DNA of 64,000 nt from Octopus vulgaris (taxonomy: Eukaryota): NCBI GenBank assembly GCA_951406725.2, contig OX597815.1, forward strand, positions 150,412,001 through 150,476,000. The letters are read 5' to 3'. Positions 12,891 through 25,613 of this stretch are shown in pieces (the first letter of the stretch is position 1; every line of letters starts with the position of its first letter). The notes beneath the pieces were generated by a model. That model was not told the DNA's origin. It worked only from the letters and a program-made list of their open reading frames with translations, and made no database searches. Position numbers and translations under genes: made by a program.

Positions 12891-13347
12891 AAATGATAAG
12901 AATTAAGTTTGGCCAAGAGATATTCAACAACAACAACAGCAGCTGCAGCAGCAGCAGCAATAACAGCAACAGTAACAATATTAAATTCTGGAAACTAAAT
13001 GGGGTTGGCTGAGTAGAGGGCGAAAACCCTCTCCGCGTAAAAACATGACATTTAGACTTCTACTCCATTCAAAATAATCACCTTACATTCATATCTATCT
13101 AACTATCTACCATAGTGACGATTGACTTTTTTTCTCGTTTCTGTTCTGTTCGGTTCTATTCTATTCCGACTTTAATCATCTCCGAAGAATTCACGTTTAT
13201 TAACTCAGTAAGTCAGAGGAAATTTCAACGACATTGCGAACTTTTGCACCAGACTGGATTTGAACTTTTATTCTCTGAAGACAAAGTTCATCAGTTGAAT
13301 GACGCAGACATCAATTTGCCATTTCGCTCTTTTATTTATTTTCTTCA

Positions 13348-13399
<52 letters not shown>

Positions 13400-14583
13400 G
13401 TCGTTATCATCATCATTACTATTATTATATTATTATTATCATTATCATTATTATTAGTATTATTATTTCATGTTAATGCATGCTATATTTTTATTATTTT
13501 GTTATTCTTTCTTTATTCTTCAATCTACTTATTATAGATTATTTGAATTATTTGCAATGACAAAATAGAAAAATAATAATAACAATAATAGCAAACAAAA
13601 AAACAATATAAAAATAAAAATAAAATACTTTCAACTGTAATGAAATTTTCTTCTATATGTAAAGGTGTGGGTGATGGCTTATAGTAATCGATATACTTGC
13701 CTAATCTAATCGACTTTGTGGAAATGTCCAAATAAATCTTTAATTCTCTATATAACGAAATATAAGTCTACGGTAACACTGACGCAAGATACTTCATAAA
13801 GAAAATTCAATAGGAATTTTATCTTGTAATTTCTTTTCCAGACATCCAATAGCAATTTTTTTTGTTTTGCTATATTTTCTCTTTCACTTTCTTCCTATCC
13901 TTTTTTTATTCCCGGTTTTCTTTTGCGTCTTTCATTATTGATATATCTAATGTTACCAGAGGCATTGACATGTAGAGTACGGCCATATTGGTTTTTGTCA
14001 GTTGGTGATGGTGAGGGAATAACAAGAGGGACGTTTTGTAACGAGACAGAGACAGATGTATTCACATTTCGTTTCTTTCTCTCCATAGTACTTTCAAATC
14101 TAATGCTTATACAAAGTTTTATATTGGTCACAATTAGTGCAGTGGATATTTGTCATGTGCTGACATGTTTAGCTACGTTATTTTTATTTTTATTTTTTGT
14201 CTCTATTTTATCGATGTACTAATTAGGTGTCATATGAAAGAGACAAATACTGCCTTTATTATTCGTGCAGATCTGATTGTAGGGTTAAAACACCTACCGA
14301 AATAAAAGACCATTTCAGAAATTAACCAATTCAATACTATTTCGTATTGGCTGATATTTTTTCTTTCTTTTCACACACATACATACACATATGAGTGTAT
14401 GTATATGTATGTATGTACATATATACATATATACATATACATATACATACATATATATATATCTATGTATATATATGCATGTACATATATATACATATAC
14501 ATATATATATATACATATACATATACATACATATATATATATCTATGTATATATATGCATGTGCATATATATACATATACATA

Positions 14584-14645
<62 letters not shown>

Positions 14646-14667
14646 ATGTATATATATATACACATAC

Positions 14668-14699
<32 letters not shown>

Positions 14700-15399
14700 G
14701 CACATATATATATATATATTACGATTTCAGCTCAGTGATATTGGATTAATCTAACGTTCCCCATCTGCAGTAAACATCAATAGCTGCTGGTATCGGAAAT
14801 ATAAAAGGTTCTCTATAAATAGTGGGACAAGAATTGCAGCGAATAAGGTTGAATAAATCGAGTCAATCAGAAATCATTGAGAAGTATTGAATTACTTTTG
14901 ACAGGAGACGAAGGTATTATATGTGTGACGAGAGAAGGGGAATGAAAAAGTGTAGCGTTTATGAATATTCTGACAGCATTAATGATCTAAGTAAGCGTGC
15001 TTTAATCAATTGTCGAAAAAGAGTGTCTGCCTCAACCAACGTGAGGTTTGACTCTGCACACCTCACCCTGCCACCGATATTCTATAAAATATAAGAGTAG
15101 ATTAAACATTAAAAAATCTATTGGTTCCCCTAGAGATAGATACGGTCAGCCATATTCGATCCCTTGATGAAATCTAGGCATTTTATTTCATCTACATTTT
15201 TCATGCCATTGGAACGGATATTACTTAGAACTTCACTGTTAGCACGTGACCGAGATATGGATGTCTTAGTTGAGCCCTAATCAATATTCAGATCTCGATA
15301 TTTGTGTGACCCCGTGCGACACCTACTCTTCTTTGACGGAAGTCTACTGTAACAGAGAGCTATTACAGTAGACTTGTCCGGGAAAAAAAAACCTCTTCT

Positions 15400-16727
15400 T
15401 TAACATTCAAAGAACAGTACTTCTCTTGAGAACCATAAAAGTTTTCACCCCTCACCAGCTGCTGATACTCGACAAAGCTCAAGTAAGACTCACTGAGAAC
15501 TGCTACCCTCACCTCTGGATGGTGTTGTTATAACACCTACAAGCACAGATATCCAGGACCACATCCTGAAATGTGCCACACGAATATTTAGTATTCAATC
15601 ATTTAGAGACACTAACCTCTCTCCCATGGGCGCGCTGTCTACCCTCTGATTCTTTTCTGTAGAATATTCGTCGCCAAGCGACACCCCACTCCATTGCAGA
15701 ATTAACACCCAAGTGCCTCTGATACGACTTTTTTTTTTAGTCGAGTGAACATAAGCACGGTTGAATGAAATGATTTGCTCAAGGACGTATTCTGTTAGCC
15801 TCTCCGTAAATCGAATCGTATCTAAATGCTGGTAAGACCAAAACATGAAACTGCAGGATGGGTAATTTTAATGGTTTATTCTGAACAGTGAAAAACAGTG
15901 ATGTTACAATTTTCAGCGTTTCCGAAAATGTGGGAAGAGACAAAAGAAAGAAAGAAAGAAAGAAAAAGAGAGAGGGAGAGAAGCTATCTGAAGAAGGGAG
16001 GTCTGACTCGAATATTATCAAAGAAGGAACTCCGTTAAAATGATCCATAAGAAGTCGATGGTGTCAAAATAAACGAATTCTCAAACAAAGCGGGGGAAGC
16101 GTTCTTGCGACGAGATACAACTAAACTTATGCATACTAGGATTCACTTAAAAGAGTCTGAGTCTTTGATGGAGGACCCTTTATCTAAAGAACTGCGATGT
16201 GGGATCGAAAATCAGACAAAATAGCTAAGAATTGAAATTCTTAATTCCACTACCTCAAAATTCTCAGTCACATATACTCCCCTTCGAAAAGAAGCACAAG
16301 ATCATTGCAGAGTTTACCCCGACTATTGTTTGTAACCATTTCGAGTTCAGTGAAGCGGAGCACCGTAGGATGGAATGTAAAACTTCAAGATACAGCTCAC
16401 ATTATTTTCTGGAACAATAGTCGGTCCGATCCCTAACCATTTTAATGATAAAATCGAAATATTGACGCAGGAGTAGCTGTTTGCTTGAGAAGTTTGCGTC
16501 CCAACCACGTGGTTTGTGTTAACATTCAAAGAACAGTACTTTTCTTGGGGTCCATAAAAGTTTTCAACCCTCAACAGCTGCTGATACGCCACAAAGTTCA
16601 AGTGAGACTCACTAAGGACTTCTACTCCCACTTCTGGATGGTGCTGTTATAACACATACAAACACAGATATTCCAGACCACATCCAGAGATGGGTCGCAC
16701 GACTATTTAGTATTCAATCACTTAAAA
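15400..16727 (+). mobile_element. Two diverged ~210-bp copies of a decayed LINE RT C-terminal fragment (15400-15610 and 16520-16727)
   Basis: Both begin TAACATTCAAAGAACAGTACTT; translation FTPHQLLILDKAQVR resembles the CR1/Jockey-type LLxLYKAQVRP motif. Confidence 0.5.
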
Positions 16728-16782
16728 ACACACTCCAGCCTCTGTCCCAGCATTTATTCTACTGTATCTTTTGGATGAATTT

Positions 16783-16873
16783 GGTAAAAGGAAACTGCCT
16801 GGTAAAAGGAAATTGTTTGATAAGAGGAAACTGTCTTGTAATAGAAAACTGTCTGGTAAAAGGAAAGCTGTCC
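16783..16873. repeat. 18-bp minisatellite, ~5 copies (GGTAAAAGGAAACTGTCT)
   Basis: Directly visible. Confidence 0.8.
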
Positions 16874-17706
16874 GGATACCTGCCATGCATGTATTTAGAT
16901 ATGCATATGTATGGTGATCGTAAATAAGCATTGTTGCCTTCATACAAGTGACGCTCTTCATATCAATCCCTCTGTGAAAACATGTGAGGGTTGTGAACAG
17001 AAAGGGCATCCAGCCGTAGAGTATATGCCTCAACAAATACCACCAGACTCTTTCAAGTAAGGAAACAAGAAAATGGCTGTTAAATGTTGATGCACATGAT
17101 GATAATTGAGTGACTCTAGCTGTTGTTTCTAGCAGATTGTACTACCACGTAGACGTTTATTTAAACAATGCCATGTTGTATTTAATAGTGGATCGGAATC
17201 GAATTCAATTATCTTAATCTAGAAAAGAAAATGATTGACGGTCTTGTGCAAAATGAATTGGAAATTGTTCAAAATGTGATTTTCTTTGACGTAGTTTATA
17301 TCAGTGTTTCCATACAAATCGATGGTAAATTGTGTATGTTGTAGAATAGTCAAGTCACACAGGAGCTGTGAATAGTAATCATTATAACTGCTTCTGGCAT
17401 TCTGGCAACTTAAACGAACTTAATCAGATTAAAAGAGTAAAAAAAAAATATCGAAACGACATACATTGTGCGGGGGAAAAAATATGTCTGAAAGACGTAC
17501 ATACACCTTTGTGTGTATGTGTGAGTGACTGTGTGTATGTGTGTGTGTGTGTGTGAGTGTATGTGTGAGTGTGTGTGTGTGTGTGTTCGTGTGTGTGTTT
17601 GTGTGTGTGTGTGTGTGTGTATTCCTCCAAAGTAGTAATTCACAACGCTGCTACTCAGAGTTCTACAAGTTTTTCTCTATAGAAACAAAATAAATATATG
17701 CATTTA

Positions 17707-17740
<34 letters not shown>

Positions 17741-17944
17741 CATACACACAGGCACACACATGGATATATATATATATATATATATTTACGCATGTATATA
17801 TATATATATATATCCATAAATATATAGAAAGATTTAGATAGATATAGATATATATATATACATAGATATAGACAGTCATATATCTATAAATATATATTTA
17901 CTTCTACAAGCGTGTGCGCGTGTGCGTACGTGTGTGTGTATATA

Positions 17945-17982
<38 letters not shown>

Positions 17983-18717
17983 TAATACGTGTACGCTGAT
18001 GACACGATCTAAGATATCGTAAAAAAAAAATAACCACTCTTTTTCAATCATAAAAGTAATTTCCATATTTGTAGCAAAAAATATACCTCGGCTTTCGATT
18101 TCAATTCCTTTCAATCCAAGCTCATATATGATAATCCCACTGTTATTGAGTAGTTGAAAATGCATTTTGTTTAGTTTATCATTTGGTTATTTGTTTGATT
18201 GTTTTTAAATCGTGTTCCCGATTAGTCCATTTCTTCTTAATATAACGCTATACTCAACGTTCACATTCCCTGCTAATTTATCAATTCAGGTATTTATTGA
18301 ATTAATTATTAAAGCCATGTGCCATTTATAGTCCTTAAATAATCTTTCTAAATGTGGTTGTTTTAGATCGACAAGTGCCGACGTCTAAATCGCCGTCTCT
18401 CCATGTTCGGTCAAGTGTTGAACGATGGCTGCTAGCTAGCAACAGCTGAAATAAAGATGGCTACTATGACTAGCTCTGCTTTTAATTACCGAATGAAATC
18501 ATGACAGAATAAATTGTTGAAACCTCGTACGGTTTCGAAATTACACTCACATACACTAGCACAGACACTCATACATATCTATTTACACATATATATGCAT
18601 ATATACGTATATATACAATCATACAAACACATACATATGTATTATATATATATGCATATTTATATACATACATATATGCATATATACATAAATATATACA
18701 TATATAGATACACAAGC

Positions 18718-18750
<33 letters not shown>

Positions 18751-18813
18751 TATATATATGTATGTATATATGTATACATATATGTATATATAAATATATT
18801 TATGTATGCATAC

Positions 18814-18872
<59 letters not shown>

Positions 18873-18954
18873 ATTGTTAAACAGGACATCAAACATTAAG
18901 GCAAGGCAAATATCTCAAGTCGTATACAATATTATTATAGAAAGACATTCAAAA

Positions 18955-19008
18955 TCTTACAGCTGTTTCTGGGATATCTTTGAGTATGGTTTATTCCTTC
19001 ATCAGAGA
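18955..19008 (-). ncRNA. Type I hammerhead ribozyme motif (variant)
   Basis: Minus strand: UCU-CUGAUGA-AGGAAUA...UAUCCCA-GAAAC-AGCU-GUA-AGA; stem I is short and stem II imperfect. Confidence 0.6.
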
Positions 19009-19389
19009 CAAATAGGAAAAAATAGGGAAAATGAGTATGGTATATATTAATAAGATGACGACATAGAGGAGGAGAGTAAAAGAATAAGGAGATGGAAAAA
19101 AAAAGAAAAAAGAAGCATAAAAGTTCATAGTTCAACTTTCTGATGTTATAGAAACCAGAGTCCTTAGGTGCAATCCTGCTTAGATCCATGAGTGTAAGTC
19201 TTTAGGTGTTATTTCTTCTTATAATAATATCGTCTTCTGGGAATGGAAATTGGAAAAAGTCAATGTATGTGCTCAATAATTCTAGCCATGTCTGTCTTTA
19301 AAAACGCTTTTGCCATCCATGGTCACCAGACAGAGAAGAAGCTGACCACTCGGTCCTGTCAAATGAGGGCTTCGGAAGCGAATGAAAGC

Positions 19390-19912
19390 CATCCTGTCAT
19401 CACTATCATTTTCACCATCATCATCATGCTCACCGTCATTATCCTCAACAACATTATAATCATCACCATCGTAATCACCGCGGTCATCATCATCACCATC
19501 ATCATGAACGTCATTGTTGTCGACATTGTATTCACCACCGTCATCACGATCCCCAATTATCATCACCATAACACCCTTCACAACCACTACCATCATCACC
19601 ACCACTAATGCCGCCATCACCAACAACAATAAAGCCACCGACCGCAACGGCACTAACAACACCATCACCACGACCAACACCACCAACAACAACATCACCA
19701 ACAGCACCACCGACAGCATCACCACCAACAACAGCATCACCACCAACACCACCAACAACAACAAAGCCACCGACAACAACGGCATCATCAAACAACGCCA
19801 CCATCAGCAGCGTCACCAGTAACGCCACAACCAACAACAGCGCCACCAACAACAACACCATACCTCCAACACCACCGTCACATCATCATGATCGTCGTCG
19901 TCGTCGTCATCA
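19390..19912. repeat. Degenerate (CAT/CAC/AAC)n trinucleotide tract
   Basis: Directly visible. Confidence 0.85.
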
Positions 19913-20456
19913 GTATTGAATTTTCAAATGCTTATCAACCGTATTTTCAGGCTGTTCGCCATATTGTTTCTTTCGTTGTTTTCTTATATTTTTCCATATA
20001 TTTTTTACTTTATCTCTTTCTTTTATTTTTCCTTTGTTATATCCAATTCCGTATAGTCATTTTGTATATATTATAATCCTTTACAAAACTATTAGATGTA
20101 TTTTTTGTACGTTACATACACAGAAACTCTATTGTGCTTTGTGCTGCATTGTCACAATGTTCCTGATTTCTCGTTCAAGACGCTTTAAATGAAAGTAGGA
20201 AAGAATAAAGGCTGTACTCGACCGAGAAGATTTTTTATAAATGCTAACTTCGACACTCGAATCAATATTAGTGAGAACGTACCCTGTAGGGCACAAGGTC
20301 AATAAGTAAAATGTCAACGGAGATACTCCTGTCTTCATACGTCACTAAATAACTCAATATCTATGTCTATATATATGTGTGTGCGTGTGTGAGTGTGCGC
20401 GTGTGAATATATGTATATATATATATATGTGTGTGTGTGTGTATACTTTGCTATAA

Positions 20457-20497
20457 TTTCAGCTCATAGCTGCGGCCATGCTGGTGCATCGCCGTTT
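20457..20497 (-). mobile_element. Isolated 3' tail of the CR1-group LINE
   Basis: Reverse complement AAACGGCGATGCACCAGCATGGCCGCAGCTATGAGCTGAAA matches the tails at 7595-7640 and 50212-50253. Confidence 0.7.
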
Positions 20498-20650
20498 CTA
20501 TATATGGATATACATACGTATACAGGCTTGTATGTATGTAGGTAGGCATGTATGAATGCATGTATGTGTATACATGTATGTGTGTATGTGTGAATGTATG
20601 TGTCGATTATATATATATATGCATACGTATATAGGTAGATAGATAGAAAT

Positions 20651-20744
<94 letters not shown>

Positions 20745-21042
20745 GTACTTATGTATCTATGTATGTGTATATATATACTTATATATATATATTCATATAT
20801 ATATATATATATTTGCATAAATATAGAGGTATATATATATATATATATGTATGTAAGTGCATACGTATGCATGTGTGTATGCATGTATGTATGTGATTAG
20901 GTATTTATATGTGTGTGCTGCATGTCTGTGTATGTGTGTGTGTGTTTAGGTATACATATGAGAAGATGCTCATGGCTGCACGTGTGAGTTCCAATATCTC
21001 AATAGTGGTATATGGAGAAGCAAAGTCCTGAAGATAATAATG

Positions 21043-21112
<70 letters not shown>

Positions 21113-21115
<3 letters not shown>

Positions 21116-21204
21116 GCTCCGGGCTGAAGGATAAGCTCCGGGCTGAAGGATAAGCTCCGGGCTGAAGGATAAGCTCCGGGCTGAAGGATAAGCTCCGGGC
21201 TGAA
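21113..21204 (+). repeat. 19-bp tandem repeat TAAGCTCCGGGCTGAAGGA, 4 copies plus 16 bp
   Basis: Directly visible perfect copies. Confidence 0.95.
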
Positions 21205-21482
21205 TAACAACATGGATGTTCCCTGGTAGCCTCTCTCCAAAAAACGAATTTAATCCAACAACATCGTTACAATGGAAGAAAGGTTCCACAAAATATCTTT
21301 TCCAAATTTTCTTTTAAGGCAAAGTAACTAAAAAGTCCGAACTATTATTGCCATATATAGTATGGTTTTCTTTCTTTTATGCACAATATTTCCATGTGAC
21401 ATGCATAAGAAATAGAAGCGAACATCAGGGCTCTTGAAAGACAGTAAGTACATAAATTGATTAATTAATTAATTAATTAAAT

Positions 21483-21581
21483 AAGTATACATGCAACTGT
21501 TTATGCATACACGTACACATTTTAATTATAAAGTATACATGCAACTGTTTGTGCATACATGTACACATTTTAATTATAAAG
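21483..21581 (+). repeat. 48-bp tandem duplication in the 5' UTR of the Dong-like element
   Basis: AAGTATACATGCAACTGTTT... at 21483 and 21531. Confidence 0.9.
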
Positions 21582-21732
21582 CATAAATAATGCATACACG
21601 CGCTCACACGTACACACAGAAAGAAAAACCACGTTACGCGGACGAAAACAAAACAAAAACAAAGCGATTTTTCACGAACAAACGCAAAAAAGAGAAAATT
21701 GGTCACTGAATTTAGAAAGTCACTACACAGTT

Positions 21733-24585
21733 ATGCCCGGAAACATGACTACCAAAAGAAATAGAGGCGAATTTCGATCTGTAAGTCTTATGCGAGTTCG
21801 ATATGAACAATATATTAATTCGGAGAATTCAGAAGCGGTGTTTTGTCAAAAAATTGACCCTGTCACCGTCACAGAAGCGGCGTCTTGTCAAAAAGTTGAC
21901 TCTGAAAAAATGGACCCCTCTGATGTCGCCGTCAATCATTTAATGAAAACAAGCCAAAAATCATGCCGGATCGGTCATCGCCCGGGACAACAAGGACCGC
22001 GTTACCCAGTAGGGAACCAGACTGGGGTCGAAAAGTTTGCTGCTGGAACAAACTCTCAAAAAGACGATCTACCAGGTGACCAGAACCAGAATACTTCTAA
22101 CTCTGGACTTGTAGTGACACCACCAAAAACACCACCTAAAGCAAAACGTATAAAATGGACCAGAGAGGACTATAGAGATGTGTTGAAAGCTTTTTATACA
22201 GCCCAACTAAACCCAAACAATAACCTCAGTGTACAAACATACATCTCATGGAGAAATTCAGTAGGCAATGACGTACGTAGATATATAGACGCAAATAAAT
22301 TAAGTAATGTACGCAGAGATATAATTAAAAACAAAAGACTAACTGACGCTGAAATTGACAAAATTAGGACACTAATAGCTCATGGTAGACCAAAAGAAAA
22401 CAGCAACAATGTAGACGAAATAGGTAATAGTAGCACAGAAGCCAGTGTACAAGCGGCAAATCAACTTCCCAATGGGGAAGTTAAACAAAGAATAGCGAAG
22501 ACGAGAGATTTGAAAAAAGAGGAGAACGTAGACCTTCCTCAAGAAAACCAAAATAGATATGACATAGAATTTGAGGTGAATAATAGAGAAAAGATTATGG
22601 AAGCAAAAGTGGACATTATGAGAGAACTCGGCAAGATTGAGCTCACTGACATGGTTAATAGAGAACCACTACCAAAGTTTTCAAATGGCACAAGAAATAA
22701 CAACACAATCATGACATATAACGTTGCCCTAGGACAGATCTTAAGAAATAAGGGGAATGATTTGACAACCTTAAATAATCTCATTTATTCCACTGCTAAC
22801 GTAGTAACTACCCAACTAGGTATTAAGATGACAAAGAAAAAGGCCAGGCATGTCAATGAACCTCCTAAGTGGAAAGTAGCGATACAAAAAGAGATTGAAT
22901 CTCTGCGGGCGGATGTTTCAGTTCTCGATGAGCTTGCTAGAGGAGTGAATATTAAGCCGAGAAAAGCTAGAAAAATCAAGCAAAAATATAAAATCAAAGA
23001 TCTCATAAACCTCCCTGCAACTAAGGAACTGTTGAAACAACGGATACAGTTGAAAGCTCAACGGCTTAGAAGGTATGACAAAAGAAACAAATTTTATCGA
23101 CAAAATAAATTTTTTAAGACAGATGCAAAGAAATTTTATAGGGAAATTGGCAAAAATAAAATACACATAGAAGATCCACCTAAGATTGAGGAAGTGGAGG
23201 AGTTCTGGAAGAAGGTATGGAGCAACGAAAAAGAGTTTAATGCTGAGGCTGACTGGATAGAACGTGAGAAAGAGAGACTGGATGAACTTGAAGAACAGAA
23301 ATGGGAAGCAATAGGAATAGAGGAGCTAAGGTGTGTCCTTAGGAAGGCTCATAAATGGAAAACCCCAGGACTGGATCGGATCCCTAACTTCTGGCTGAAT
23401 TGTTTGACAGAGGTACACGAACATCTCGCTGCATCTCTGTCTGATGTCATTCAGAACCCAGAGCAAATACCTGCTTGGCTGACTGAAGGAACCACCTACC
23501 TATTACCTAAAACCGAAGACACAAAAAACCCAAAGAATTACCGGCCAATAACATGTCTCAACACCACCTACAAAATCCTCACATCCATAATAACGGAGAG
23601 AATGTACGCTTTCCTTGAACAAAATTCTATCCTTCCTCAAGCTCAAAAAGGTTGTAAAAGAAACTCTTATGGGTGCAAAGACCAATTGCTCATAAACAGA
23701 ATGATTGTAGAGAATTGCCGGAGCAAAAACAAAAACCTGAGTATGGCATGGATAGACTACAGGAAAGCGTATGACAGTGTCCCACATAAATGGATACTCA
23801 AGGCCCTTGAGATATACAAGATCTCCCCTGTCGTCTCAAAATTCTTAGAGAATAGCATGACCATGTGGAACACACGTCTCTTTCTAAGCCATAGTAATGG
23901 GATGAGCCAGTCCAACAGCATCAACATCAAACGAGGCATCTTTCAAGGTGACTCCCTCTCTCCATTACTTTTTTGCATGGCACTGATCCCACTCTCAAAC
24001 GAATTGGATAGTGCCAGATATGGGTACAAAGTTTTTAGCAAGTTAATAAACCACCTTTTTTATATGGACGATCTAAAGCTGTTTGCCAAGAATGACCAAG
24101 AGCTAGAAGGGCTGCTAACAACTGTTAAAGAGTTTAGCAATGATATCGGAATGGATTTTGGCCTTGATAAGTGTGCTAAAGCAACTTTTGTAAGAGGCAA
24201 GCTCAGGCAAACAGCTTCTGTTAAATTAGATATTGACACTACCATCAAGGAACTTGACCCACAAGAAAGCTACAAATACCTAGGAATCAACGAAGGAGAT
24301 GGTATACATCATGCTACTATGAAGGAAAAAATAAGAAAGGAGTACTATAGGAGAATAAGGCTTGTACTGAAGACTGAACTCAACTCCAAAAATTGCATTG
24401 AGGCCATTAACACCCTGGCACTTCCAGTAGTCCAGTACAGTTTTAACATCATTAACTGGAACCTTACGGAACTCCAACGCTTGGACAGGAAGACAAGAAA
24501 GTTACTGACATCCAGGAGCATGCACCACCCTAAGGCAGATGTAGACCGCTTGTACCTACCTAGAAGCAGCGGGGGAGAGGAATGA
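21733..24585 (+). CDS. R4/Dong-like ORF, N-terminal region and reverse transcriptase
   Basis: KTPGLDRIPNFWL, NYRPITCL, QKGC..GCKDQL, WIDYRKAYDSVPH, GIFQGDSLSPLLF, YMDDLKLF, YKYLG. Confidence 0.92.
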   Translation: MPGNMTTKRNRGEFRSVSLMRVRYEQYINSENSEAVFCQKIDPVTVTEAASCQKVDSEKMDPSDVAVNHLMKTSQKSCRIGHRPGQQGPRYPVGNQTGVEKFAAGTNSQKDDLPGDQNQNTSNSGLVVTPPKTPPKAKRIKWTREDYRDVLKAFYTAQLNPNNNLSVQTYISWRNSVGNDVRRYIDANKLSNVRRDIIKNKRLTDAEIDKIRTLIAHGRPKENSNNVDEIGNSSTEASVQAANQLPNGEVKQRIAKTRDLKKEENVDLPQENQNRYDIEFEVNNREKIMEAKVDIMRELGKIELTDMVNREPLPKFSNGTRNNNTIMTYNVALGQILRNKGNDLTTLNNLIYSTANVVTTQLGIKMTKKKARHVNEPPKWKVAIQKEIESLRADVSVLDELARGVNIKPRKARKIKQKYKIKDLINLPATKELLKQRIQLKAQRLRRYDKRNKFYRQNKFFKTDAKKFYREIGKNKIHIEDPPKIEEVEEFWKKVWSNEKEFNAEADWIEREKERLDELEEQKWEAIGIEELRCVLRKAHKWKTPGLDRIPNFWLNCLTEVHEHLAASLSDVIQNPEQIPAWLTEGTTYLLPKTEDTKNPKNYRPITCLNTTYKILTSIITERMYAFLEQNSILPQAQKGCKRNSYGCKDQLLINRMIVENCRSKNKNLSMAWIDYRKAYDSVPHKWILKALEIYKISPVVSKFLENSMTMWNTRLFLSHSNGMSQSNSINIKRGIFQGDSLSPLLFCMALIPLSNELDSARYGYKVFSKLINHLFYMDDLKLFAKNDQELEGLLTTVKEFSNDIGMDFGLDKCAKATFVRGKLRQTASVKLDIDTTIKELDPQESYKYLGINEGDGIHHATMKEKIRKEYYRRIRLVLKTELNSKNCIEAINTLALPVVQYSFNIINWNLTELQRLDRKTRKLLTSRSMHHPKADVDRLYLPRSSGGEE

Positions 24586-25613
24586 TGCAATTGGAGCTGT
24601 GCTATAAGACCTCTACTGTAGGAATGAACAGGTACCTATCTAGTACAAAAGACTGGATGCTGCGACTTGTGTGTGAACACGAAAGCAGCAAAAAGCTGCA
24701 TTCTATTGTCAAGGAAGCTTATAAGTTCGAAAGGGAACTAGGCATTAACCTTGAATCAGGTGAAGAGCCAGAAACCACTGCTACCAAGCAAGCAAAGCGA
24801 ATCAGGCAGACTGCAAAAAAGAATGGGCAGAATCAAATTGAGACGCGGTGGAGCCAGAAGCCCCTGCATGGACAATACATTCTCCGAAGCCAAAATGCTG
24901 ATGTAGACCAAGCAACAACCCATCAGTGGCTGAAGAGTTCTGGATTGAAAGCAGAGACTGAAGGCTTCATAATGGCAGCACAAGATCAAAGCTTGTTTAC
25001 CAGAAATTACCAGGCTAACGTTCTCCGAAACGGTACTGACCCTAAATGCAGATTCTGTGACACATTTGACGAAACAATAGACCATCTCGTTTCGGGATGT
25101 CCTGTGCTGACACCAAACGAATACAAAAATCGCCACGATAGGGTAGGACAGTATATACATTGGAAGATATGTAAACACTACAAATCCGACACTCCTGCTA
25201 ACTGGTATGAACACCATCCTCAGCCAGTTGTTGAAGGTAAAGATGTCACCATCCTCTGGGATTTTCCAGTCAACACTGACAGAACGATCAAGGCTAATCG
25301 ACCAGACATAATTGTTAAAGACAGGGAAGAAAATACCTGCAGACTAATAGAAGTAAGCGTCCCCACTGATAAAAATGTATCTGTCAAGGAATTTGACAAA
25401 CTTAGTAAATATAAGGACCTGGAAATCGAAATACAGAGGATGTGGAATCTTAAAACAAAAACTGTTCCTGTTATTGTAGGTGCCCTAGGTATGATAAAAA
25501 AGGGATGTCAGAAACACCTAGACAATATCCCTGGAAAACCATGTCTCAAGGAAATCCAAAAGATTGTGCTAACAAGTACTGCCCACATCCTTAGAAAAAC
25601 CCTATCAATGTAA
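24582..25613 (+). CDS. R4/Dong-like ORF, C-terminal part: CCHC zinc knuckle and RLE endonuclease (frameshifted continuation)
   Basis: CRFC...ETIDHLVSGC, RHD, RPDI, IEVSVP, KLSKY; adding one G at 24571-24575 restores GGRG and fuses the two ORFs. Confidence 0.9.
   Translation: MMQLELCYKTSTVGMNRYLSSTKDWMLRLVCEHESSKKLHSIVKEAYKFERELGINLESGEEPETTATKQAKRIRQTAKKNGQNQIETRWSQKPLHGQYILRSQNADVDQATTHQWLKSSGLKAETEGFIMAAQDQSLFTRNYQANVLRNGTDPKCRFCDTFDETIDHLVSGCPVLTPNEYKNRHDRVGQYIHWKICKHYKSDTPANWYEHHPQPVVEGKDVTILWDFPVNTDRTIKANRPDIIVKDREENTCRLIEVSVPTDKNVSVKEFDKLSKYKDLEIEIQRMWNLKTKTVPVIVGALGMIKKGCQKHLDNIPGKPCLKEIQKIVLTSTAHILRKTLSM

Noticed and set aside
13255-13300. Hammerhead on the minus strand (CUGAUGA-ACUUU...AAAGU)
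   Set aside because: GAAA is missing and stem III does not form
17992-18030. CUGAUGA followed by an ACGAU/AUCGU hairpin
   Set aside because: No GAAA, stem III or stem I partner
19282-19919. Mucin-like T/N/P-rich ORFs
   Set aside because: Open in most frames because of degenerate trinucleotide repeats; no splice or domain support
20129-20338. hAT transposase C-terminal remnant
   Set aside because: Resemblance too weak without a profile search
21113-21204. CRISPR-like array
   Set aside because: Head-to-tail repeats with no spacers and no cas genes; eukaryotic context
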